A stretch of DNA of 64,000 nt from Felis catus (lineage: Eukaryota), in assembly GCF_018350175.1 (NCBI RefSeq), contig NC_058384.1:68014001-68078000 (forward strand). The letters are read 5' to 3'. The position numbers and the translations under genes were made by a program. Positions 20,101-30,100 of this stretch are shown here, piece after piece. A model generated the notes under the pieces. The model saw only the letters and a list, made by a program, of their open reading frames with translations. It ran no database searches and had not been told where the DNA came from. Every line of letters begins with the position of its first letter. The first letter of the stretch is position 1.

Positions 20101-21737
20101 GCCTCTGCGTTCAGGGGAGATCGGTGACGCCCCAAAACTCACAGGCCTGCCCAGCCTCCTGGAGCCGCGCCCCGGAACGCGCCTCGAGGCCTTCTCATGG
20201 GTCGGGCCCAGACCCGGAAGGCGGCCCCGCACCTTCAGCCCGTCTCCGCCCCGGGAGCCGGAGCCGACCGGGCCCTTGCTGTCGGGGGCACGCCCCGGGG
20301 CCGGGCCTGCTGTCCGCGCAGGGCCAGGTGTGGGGAAGGGGCCGTCTCACAAATGCCCGGCTGCCTGCCGAGGCGTCCGCACAGGCGCCCGTGGGGAGCC
20401 GGGCGGCCACCTGCCACCCGCACCCGCCTTCTCCCCGTCGGGGCCGCTGGCAGCGGGGCGAGACCCCCACGGTCCTCAAGGGGCGGGCAGGGCTATTGAG
20501 CGGTCGCCCCCGCTCGCCCCGCGACGGCGTCTCGGGGGTGAGGAGGAGGGGGACGGCGGTGCCCTCGGTTTCCAGGGCAACGCACGGACACCCCTCCCCC
20601 GCCCCAGTGACAGTGGAGCCGCAGCTCGAACCCGGGACCAGAAGACCGGGCCGTGGGTCCTCCCCCAGCCCCTCGCGGTCTGGGCTGCGGGCGCGGACAC
20701 ACGGGTGCGCCGGCACCGGCAGACGGCGCGGGGGGGGGGGGTCTACGAGGGGCCTCGAAGGGGGGACGGGGTCCGACTGGAGCCCGCGGTGCCGCCCCCC
20801 ACCCCGTAGGCAGAGCACGGCGATCAGCGAGGCGGACCCGGGTCCGACCTGGGTGTGTGTGTGGGGGGGGGCTTTGCGAGGTCAGACTTCGCCCCCCCCC
20901 CCCCCCCGCGCGCTCACACGCCGGCTCTCGCTGCCGCAGCCGGCCGAGCTAATCGGCGCACCATCCACCTATCGATCGCTGGCTCGGTGCCACGCGGGCC
21001 GGCACGGTGCCAGCGGGGGCTGCGGGGCACCGGGGCGGGCGCGGAACGGCCGCGGGGGACCGGGCGCCCCTTCCCCTGGCTGCACCCGGGACACGTCCAG
21101 AAAGAGGGCTCTGGTCGGGTTTGGGCGGGGGGCGGGGGGTGGGGGGGATCATAGCCTGGCCTGCCAGGGGTGGGAGAGATGGCGTGGGGCTGAGAGCAGA
21201 GGGGGCCCTCCCTCCTCGGCCCCACCCCCTCCTCCTTATAAAAGCGAAGAACAAAGAAGCCGCTGGGGAAGGAGGCTTTGATCTGACCCCACCTTCGCAG
21301 TTCTAGGCCTGGTACCGCCCAGACTGCCCTTGGGGAGGGGGAAGGATGCCCAGCTCGCAGGACCCAGGTGCTCTGAAACTCGGGTGCGGTCTTTCTGGCA
21401 GCCCTTGCTTTTGCCCCGACACCCTGCTTGGTGCTCCCCGGGCTTGGGCAGTGCCTGGAGCAGGTGGGCTGTCAGGAGCAGCTGCCCCCTCCCCGCACAG
21501 GAAGCCAGCTAGGGAGGTGGGAGGGGGCGCCGGGCTCTACAGCTGCCGCTGGCACCCACCCCACATCGCCCAGAGGGGTGCCCTCGGCCTGGAGCGGATG
21601 GCCAGGGCACAGCTGGCACTGAGGTCAGGCAGAGCCAAGCTGAGAGCAGAGGCCGCAGGGAGACCCGGTGTCGGGGAAGGAGCCAGGGAAGGAGCCGGAG
21701 GGCGGTGGGTGGGGCAGAGCAACAAAAAGGGGGGTGG

Positions 21738-21743
21738 TTTATT
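21738..21743 (-). terminator. EFNA4 polyadenylation signal AATAAA
   Basis: tttatt on plus, ~555 bp downstream of the stop, followed on the minus strand by a T/GT-rich element (tttttgttg). Confidence 0.75.
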
Positions 21744-22298
21744 GAGGGTTTGGTCCAGACACTTATAAAAATACAAACTGGCATGACGTCCAGCCTCATG
21801 GCAAGTCTGTCTTCACAGAAGACAAGCGAGTGGCACCCCCGCCAGGGTCGGGGGGGGGGGGATGCTGCCCCAGGGAAGTGGCCCCCAGGGTGCCGGGCAC
21901 AGGCCTCAGCCTCTTCTTTGCCCTTGTCTGGCAATCCACCAGTCCCAGGGTCTTCGGTCTTGGCCCCCAACAGGCTCAAGGATTCCATCCCACCAAAATC
22001 CCAGTCCTTCTGGGGGGATGGGCAAAGAACATCAAAGCATCGGAGGGAGACCCTGTGTTTGTCCTGCCTGGGCTCCGGGGGCGGGGGAGGGGTGCGGGGG
22101 GGGGGCAGGGCGGTGTGCAGCTCCCTGCAGCAACTCTTCAGCCTGTGATAAGGGGCCAGCCCCTGGAAGGTCACCTCGGACCCTCCGACCGCCCCCATCA
22201 CTCTTCCATCGGTCTGGCTGGCTTGACGCTGGGGGCCCTCCTCCAGGGAGTCTTGGGAGGGCTGTCGCTCCTGGGGTGGCAGGAGGGGTCCGCTGGGC

Positions 22299-25200
22299 TC
22301 AGAGGATTCGCAGGAGACGCAAAATTGGGAGCAGCAGCAGCAAGAGACAGAGAGGGCTGGGAGCCCCTCCCCCTTGCCACCCAGAGGTGCCGCTCTCTCC
22401 AGGGCTTCCGACCGGATGGGCCGACTCCGACTCTGCAGGGGGGGTGGCACTGATGGGCTCTCCCTGCCAGCAGCCTCCTCCCTGCCCTCCCCCTAGGCTG
22501 TTCCCTCTCGTCCCAGTTCAGCCCAGGGCTTGAAGGATATTGCCCTGGAGATGCCGTCCCTTGGCCTGGCATAAAGGGGTACAGTTGGGGGCGCCCGGAG
22601 GGCTCAGCCGGTTGAGTGTCCGATCTGGCTCTGGTCACGATCTCACTGTTTGTGAGTTCGAGCCCCACGGCAGGCTCGTGGCTGTCGGCACAGAGCCTGC
22701 TCCGGATCCTCTGCCCCTCTCCCACTCCCACTTTCTCAAAAATAGACATTAAAAAATTTTAAAAAGGGGTACAGTGGAAGCTCCCACAGAGCAAAAGGCC
22801 CCACCTGGGCCCCTCAGGGTGTGACGTTCCCAGACTCTCCCCACTACTCCCCTCAATCCCAAGGGCCCAGAAGGGCTGCCCGCCCTGCCCCCCACCTACT
22901 TACTGCCCTCCTTGCAGCAGACAGACACCTGGAGCTTCAAGCAGCGGCCAGAACTCTCCGGGGCCGGTACCGCTGCGTGGTGGGAAATCCGGAGGAAGGC
23001 GTTAGCACAGGCTAGTCCGCACGCCTCAGACCCTGCTTCAGACCCTTCCGACCGTCTTCTCCCAGGTCCCTGGAAAGTCTGCCCTTACCTTTGGGCCACA
23101 TCCTGGTGCCAGACTCCCTGTGCCCCCATCACGTCCCCTTCCCCGGCTCCTCCTGCTTTCTCCTCCTCTTGGTAGACTCACCCTACGTGACCCGCCACTC
23201 AGTCTTAGACTCAGGCCGCCTGCGCACCTCCACCCAACCCCGGCCCCAGACACCACCAGTGTGCCTTTCTCACTCACAGATGTAGTAGTAGGTTTCTCCA
23301 GGCAAGAACTCGAAGCCAAGGGAGAAGGGTGTAAAGCGCTGAATCTTCTCTGAGAATCGCACAGGACCAAAGGGAGCGAAAGGGAGGGCGCACTCCCAGC
23401 GCTTGAAGGCGCCCGGGCCCTGGGCCTGGCAGGCCTCATAGCCCTGCCGGTCCACCATGTATAAAGCAAACGTCTCGGGGCCGTCCGGGGGCCCTGGCCC
23501 ATCATAATGCGGGCAGAAGATGTCTAGGTAGTCGTTGAGGACCAGCTCCACCACCGCGTCTCCTCCGAGCAGCCTGCAGGCATAAGGCAGGTGTGGGCTG
23601 AAGGGGCAGGGCACAGGGCACCCGGGGCGTAAGGGCCCCGGAGAGACCCCTCCCCATGGCCCCCGCCAGCCTCTCCCCCACCCACTGGAGAGGGAGCGGC
23701 TCGGGAGGGTCTGCGCTTCCCAGCCTGACAACTCTAGAGAGACAGTCGAGAAATGGGGGACGTAACCACTACAGGTCTTGAGAGGTGAAGGGACCGCAGT
23801 GCCCACTAGCACGAGGCTCCCACACGAGAAGGCCACTCACCACGCCCTACGTTTTCAAGTTGGAGCTGCCGCCCAGCTCTGTGGCCCCAGTGCCCAACAG
23901 AGCGTCTGGCACAGCACCCTGTACTTGACAAATGCCAGGTCTGGGGCTGCTGCACAGCTGGGCACGGAGGGAGGGGTACGCAGCACAGTCATGGCCTCGG
24001 AGAGGGAGGCCCGGATCAGCATCCGCATCAACAGCAACAGAGAGAGAAAGACTGCTTCGCAGACCTCAGTCCAACACCGGAAAGATGCCACAGACAAAAA
24101 AGAAAGAGGGAGTGGATGGGGGTACCTCCTTTTTGTTTTTCCAGGACAAGGAAATGTTGGACGTGGAGCAGAAGCCCCTCCAGATATTAACCAACCTTAG
24201 GCCTACTCAGGACTCCCTTCACCTCTTGGGAGCTGCCTGTGGAAGCCAGGACAGGCGGGAAGGGCTGTCACCCCCTTCCCCCTTCCCTGCCATACACACA
24301 GTCCAGCCTGACTCCCGAAAGGCCTCTCGCTATCCCTCAATGGGTGGTCTAAGGACCACCTGCATCTGGAGCTCTAATTAGAAATGCAGGTTCCTGGGCT
24401 CAGCTCAGACCAACTAGAACACGAGCCGGGCCCTGGCTGGATTTGTTCCAGATCATCCCTAGTGCCTGGAAAAGTGTCCTGCCCAAACACTCAATAAGTA
24501 TTCGTAGATTGAATGAATGAGCCAGACACCTCAGGGTTCGGGGCTAGGAACCTGAGTTTCTAACAAGTTCTTCAAGTGATTCAGAGGCACTGGTCTGGAA
24601 CAGAGAGGGGGATTCGGAACTGGAGGACAATAGTTGCTATCACGTGGTGCTCCTATTGTCATGACCCATGGGAGGCTGCCCTCCCTGGGGGTCTTGGGGC
24701 TGGAAGAGGCCAGGGCTGAGGTCTGATCTCCCTACAGCCAGCATCCTAGCACACGCCCTGGCACACCGCACACTGTGCAACGCCTGTCGGTGAGTGAGCA
24801 AATGCACAGTCACAGATTGTCTCAAGTATCCGAAAGGCAAACAGATGGAGAAAGCAGAGAGAGGCACGGAGAGCTGGGGAAGAAGACGAAAACACTCGAA
24901 AATACCGAGGTTCAAAGGCTTGGGAGAAAGAAATAATGATTTTTATCTGCACAGCCTGCACCTCGTTTGCACACGTGACCTCAGCCAGCCAGCCCGATTT
25001 CCCAGGGTACCAGGTGTTATGAGCCCATTTTACAGACGAGATAACTGAGGTTGGAGAGGTCAACCGACTCGCCCGAAGGTGATTCAGCTGGAAGGACTGG
25101 GCCGGGACTGGACAGAATTAGAAGGGCGGATAGTGACGGAGATGAAAGCAGAGACAGCGAATGAGATCAGGAGACGGCGAGCGCCAGAGGGGAGGCCCAG

Positions 25201-25724
25201 CAAGCAGGAGCTTCAACCACGCTCTTTCACGAGAGTAGAGCCCCCTCCCTCCCTCTCCAGACCGCGCGCCCCGGCTCGGGCAGGAGGGCGGGGGAATCAG
25301 CCGGAGAGAGGCCAGAAGCGAGGGGGCGGGGCCCGGAGCGCAGGCCGAGGCCCCCCCAGCTCCCCGCTCTCCCAGGTCCCACCATCCGCCTGCGGAGCCG
25401 GGGTCCTCCGCCCGCCCCCCAACACGTGCGGGCGGGGGGAGCCCGGGGCGCGCCTCGCCCCTCCCCTCCCCCTCCCCCGCCGGCTCAAACAAAGGAGCCC
25501 CGGCGCGCGGCCGGGCGCAGGCGGCGCCGCGCACGGAGCGAGAGTGGGGCGCGCGCCCGGCCCGGGAGCGCGCAGGCCCGGCCCGCCGCCGCCTGGGTTC
25601 GGCCCGGCTACCTGGGGTTACTGGAGTTCCAGTAGACGGCGTGGCGGAGGCCGGAGCCCCCTCGCAGCGGGGAGCTGAGGAGCGCGGCCCAGAGGACAGT
25701 CCGCAGCAGGGGCAGCAGCCGCAT
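22299..25724 (-). CDS. EFNA4: Ephrin-A4, 203 aa, 4 exons
   Basis: Exons: 25724-25612 (MRLLPLLRTVLWAALLSSPLRGGSGLRHAVYWNSSNPR), 23573-23278 (LLGGDAVVELVLNDYLDIFCPHY...FSEKIQRFTPFSLGFEFLPGETYYYI), 22972-22904 (SVPAPESSGRCLKLQVSVCCKEG), 22432-22299 (KSESAHPVGSPGESGTSGWQGGGAPSPLCLLLLLLPILRLLRIL, TGA). Total 612 nt, in frame, all introns GT-AG. Confidence 0.97.
22587..22762 (+). mobile_element. Can-SINE in EFNA4 intron 3
   Basis: Perfect TSD aaaggggtacagt at 22573-22585 and 22763-22775. Confidence 0.9.
24330..24595. mobile_element. MER5-like DNA transposon remnant interrupted by an L2-like fragment
   Basis: aaatgcaggttcctgggctc...ggctaggaacctgagtttctaacaag...agtgattc; inner ctcaataagtattcg..tgaatgaatga is typical of an L2 tail. 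Confidence 0.5.
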
Positions 25725-26300
25725 CGCCCCCGGGGTCCGCTCTGGTCTGGTCCGGCCGGTCCCGGCCCGCTTCGCTGCCGCGGCGAGAAAGGTACAAAGT
25801 GGAGGTGGGGGGGGGGGCGGTGCGGGGCTGGGGGTGGGGTGCGGAGACTCGCGGGCCACGCCCCCGGGTAACTTTCCACCAATGGGGGCACACCCCCGCC
25901 TCTCCGCTCAGAGCCAACTCCTGTTAACCCCCTGCGCGCCGAGGCGCACGCCGGGTTCACCCCGCTCCGACCCCGGCTGCGCCGCTTCGCGAGGGGGCGG
26001 GAGGGGCGACGTGGTCCGCTGCTGCGAGTGAGTTTTAGGGAGGTCGCGCCTTTCATGTCTAAGTTAGTACCGGGTAGGAGGCCTTATTGCAATTTGGGGG
26101 GACTGAAATAGGAGCACGCGCCCTCTGGCCCCAAGAGGCCGGCGAGGGTCTCCAAAGCCCGTCCGCCTCTACCTGAGAATGTTGCCCATTTTTTAATGCC
26201 GGTCCAGGGATAGCGCGAGTGTCGGAAGGGACGGATCGCCTTCTGGGATTTCGCCCGCCCCCATCCCCCCTTACAGGCCCTTAGTGGTGAGCTCGTGCCC
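25250..26300 (-). promoter_or_regulatory. EFNA4 promoter CpG island
   Basis: CpG-rich stretch spanning exon 1 and the upstream region. A CCAAT box sits at ~25879 beside GC-box-like sequence. Confidence 0.65.
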
Positions 26301-26923
26301 GTCTCGGGCTTGGCGCTTGCCCCCTTCCGCCCCACACCTTCGTTCTGGGCTGGGGGCCCGCGCGGCCCCATTCCCGAAAACGAAATAATGAGGCCGATTG
26401 CGCCCTATACAATGCACCTTTGTTCCCAAGCCCTCAGGTGGGGCGCGGGGTGGTGGGTGGGGGGAGGAGGCAGGTGCACGGCCTTGGGATCGTGGGAGCC
26501 GCCGCCCCGCCCCGCCCCGGCTCCGGGGCTCTGACAACACCAGCCAGATCCACTTTTCCCAGCCACTGGTCAGGGGGTGGGGACGGCTTGGCCGCTTGGT
26601 TGATAGCCGCCTGTGGGGGCCGCGCAGACCTGGGGGCGAGGACTTGGCGACTGGCGGGTGGCACGGGGTTTTACAACTCCCCGTGGTACTGCAGTGCGCA
26701 CAGGCCTCCCAGGCCGGGCAGAAACGAGCCGCGAGCATCCCGGGGACACGCGCCGAGCCGGCCTCGGACTCTCGCCCTCCCCGGCCCCGGACTCTCGCCC
26801 TCCCCGGCCCGCCTTCGTCCGAGGTGGCAGCGCCTCCTGGCGGCCAGACCTGGAACCGCAGCAGGGGCGACCCGGCCTTCCCACAGCCGACCAACTCCGA
26901 GGCGCGCTGCCCAGACCTCACTG

Positions 26924-26929
26924 TTTATT
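26924..26929 (-). terminator. ADAM15 polyadenylation signal AATAAA
   Basis: tttatt on plus, ~235 bp after the ADAM15 stop. Confidence 0.75.
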
Positions 26930-27162
26930 GCACCAGAGCAGGGACAGGCTGTGTGCACCTCCCTCAGCCCAGTCCAGCGCCCAGCCCCTCCCCAACCCCA
27001 GCTTCCATGGCGTGAGCGGGTCCCTAGAGTGCTGCTCAGCGGCCCGTGGCAGTGTCCGGGGTCCAGGCTCCGGCTCTCTCAGTCATCACGGGGGACTCCA
27101 GGGACTGGTCGGCCTCTTGAAGTCCTAGGTCCGGGTGGCAGGCTGGGAAACCTCAGCAGAGG

Positions 27163-30100
27163 TCAGAGGTAGAGCGAGGATGCTGCTGGGGGCGGCGGTG
27201 CAGGTCTGGGGTGCAGACGCCAAGCACAGAGATCAGAGGTGCCCTTTCCCCAGACCATTCGGCCCTCCCACCCATCCTCCGAGCCCCTGCTCGCCTACCT
27301 GGACGGTACCACTACGGGTTGGATTCCAGTTTCTGGGCCAGGCAGGTCACCCGAAGGGCGCCGGCTCTGGGGGTTGGCAGGCAATGGCTTCCTCGGGGGT
27401 GGGGGCTTGGCGGGCCCCTGTGAGTGGGAGAGAAGGCAGGAGGCTGGCTTGGGAGGGGATGTCATGGTGCCCACCTGGTTGTTGGGGAACACCAGCTTGT
27501 GGGGCCGGCTTCAGAGGTCACCTCTGTCTCCAAAGAAACCTGTCACCGGTAAAGGGCACCAGCGGATGTGCCCTTAGGCACAGAGGGGGCATCTCACCAT
27601 GGCCACCACTGCCACGGCTATTAGCACCACAGCCCTGGGTGGGGGAGAGGCTGTGCCCTTCTCTCCCCACACTGTTACCTTAGGGTGCCTCACCACCGGG
27701 TCAGCGGGCAGAGGGCGGGTGGGGGGATTGGGTCGGTCAGCCAGCTCAGCCTGGACAGAGAGAGGGGCAGTGCTGTGAGAGCACAGCCAGGGGCAAGAGG
27801 CATGCAGTGGTTCTCTTGAGGGGTTCAGGTCAACATGCAAAGTCAGCCAGGGGGCAGGAGAGAATGGGGACATGCGCACAGGGCTTGGGTGCCTGCCAGC
27901 AGAAGCCTCAGGGGAGGAAGGCACGGGTCAGAGTGGTGTCCCTGGCCAGCTGCAGTCCTGCCACTGACCACCAGATGGCGGTAGAAACCAAGGCAGGAGG
28001 CTCACCCTTTGCTGATTCTGGGGCTCAGAGTGTCTGAAGGCTGAGGGGCACCCCGGTCCCCTAATGAAGAGCGCCACTGGCAGGGGACCAGGGTGAGAGC
28101 TGCAGCTGGGCACCAAGCCTCCCACCTGCCCTGGGCGAGGGCGGGGCCTGGCCTGGATTTACCTGGAGTCTCTTGGGCACAGGGTCAGGAGGCAGCGGCC
28201 TGGAAGGGGGAGCCGGGAAGCCAAGAGCACTGGCCTGCTGAGAGAGCAGGAGGAGCAGACAGGCAGGGTGGGGGCGGGGTGGGGTAGGGGAGCACAGAGA
28301 CAGATGTGGGCAGAGAGGGGTCAGTGCCTGCGGGCGGGGCAGCCAGGGCCCCAGGGGCGGTGGGCGCAGTGCATGCTGTTATCCAATTGTGTGCAGAGGG
28401 GGTGACGAGTGGTGGAGCTGGCATGCAGACCACCCCCCACACCCCTGCCGGGGGCTCAGGGGGCACTCACCAGCCCTCCTACCCACGGTGTCCTGGGCCT
28501 CATCAGGGTGTGGCACACCCAGGGCCCCTTCTGAGCACCACCCCCTCGTCCTCCAGGGGCCCCTCTGGGAGCATCCGCAGACCCACCTCTCAAACCACCA
28601 GCTTGGCCAGCTCAGAGAGCTCAGCGGACCCTCCTCTAGGTGACTGCCCCTCCCCACTGCAGGCTGGACTCTGCTTCTGGGCCTGCAGCCAGGGGAGTGG
28701 GGGAGGGCTGGCCCTGACTCCTCTGGCCGACTCTTGGGCAGTGTGAGACTCTCTCTGAGTCTAGGGCCTTCAGTACCCCCACCCCAGGGCCCAAGCCGGA
28801 CGCTTGGACAAGGTGGGGCCTCTCTCCTCTGGTATCCATGACTCACCTTGGCACCTGGCATCAGCAGGACCCTCTGCGGGGGTCCTGGGCGTTCTGGGGG
28901 ACCAGACTGGGCTGCCCTGGACGTGGAGAAAAGGAGGCAGGGGGCCCAGCCTCAGACCACGCTCTCCACCCGCACGCGACCCTTGAGTGCGGTGGACGCA
29001 GCCCCTTGGAGAGCAAGGGTTTAGCCCAGTCAGAGTGGGGAGGCGGGGGCGGGGGGGGGTGATGAGCCGGAGTGAGGGCCCCACTTAGCACAGGGGCTCC
29101 CCGGCTGCCCTCCGTGGGTCTCTGTGTGAGGTGAAGAGTTACGGGGCGTGTGTAGAGAAGGGAGGTGTGGGGGGGGGCGGTCCGAGGGGCTGGCGATCGG
29201 AAGCCGGTGGGGGGCGCTGCAGACGGGGTGGGGTAGGACCCCATGGCCGTCGTGTGCCACAGGGTGGTTGAGGGAGCGGTGGCAAGGAGCCTGGTACCTG
29301 TACTGGCAGCTGGGGCCTTTGAGCTGACAGAGCCGTTGGCGCAGGCGGGCACGGTGCCAGTAGCTGGCGCCCAGGAGCATCAGGGCCACCAACAGCAGGA
29401 GGCTGAGGGGCAGCCCTGTGGTCAGGGAGCTGGTTGCTGTGGGGAGAAGGCGGGTGGGGCTAGGATCCTACACCCAGGAAGGGGTGGCAGATGGGGAGGG
29501 GGAAGTGATCAGAGAACCCCAAGGGGTCAGGAAAGGGCGGGGGGGGGGGTAAGGAAGCCACTGTGCCCTCTCCCCTCTCCCCTCTCCCTCCCCCCCACCT
29601 CTGCTGCGGTTGGCGCAGTCCGGCGGCGCCCAGCCCTCCTCGCAGCGGCAGTGTCCTTTGCTGTCGCAGACCTAGGGGTACAGGCTGAGTAACGAGGGGC
29701 CCGTTCCCGTGTCCCAGCTTTTCAGGAGCTCCTAAGTGCACAACCGGGAGGTGTGCCAGGGTGATGGGACGGAGAGAGGGACAGTTTATCCACGGCAGAC
29801 CAGGTGAAACCAAACTAGCCCTGTGAGTGCCTTCTCTGTGCCAGGCACTGTACCGGAAACTCCCATGTCCTCTCACGCACCAGGAACTGGGTACTATTAT
29901 TCCGCCCACTGGATAGTCGAGGAGGCTGAGCTCAGAGAGGTTAATAATCTGCCTGAAGTCACACAGCTAGGCAGCAGCAGAGCAGGGGTCAGAAGCTAGG
30001 TGTGTGTGTTTCCCAGCCTGTCACCGTTCTCATCCCCGGAGGCTGCCTGCTCCCCACCCCCCCCCCCCGTCTCCCCCAGGCCAGCTCACCCCGTGCCCAT

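Noticed and set aside
19958-21281. 283-aa and 385-aa ORFs in the orphan CpG island
   Set aside because: Low-complexity composition, no recognisable domain and overlapping open frames on both strands, as expected by chance at this GC content.
21509-22450. 313-aa ORF over the EFNA4 last exon suggesting a frameshifted EFNA4
   Set aside because: Manual translation shows the normal frame is intact and ends ...LRLLRIL-TGA at 22299. The long ORF is an alternative frame.
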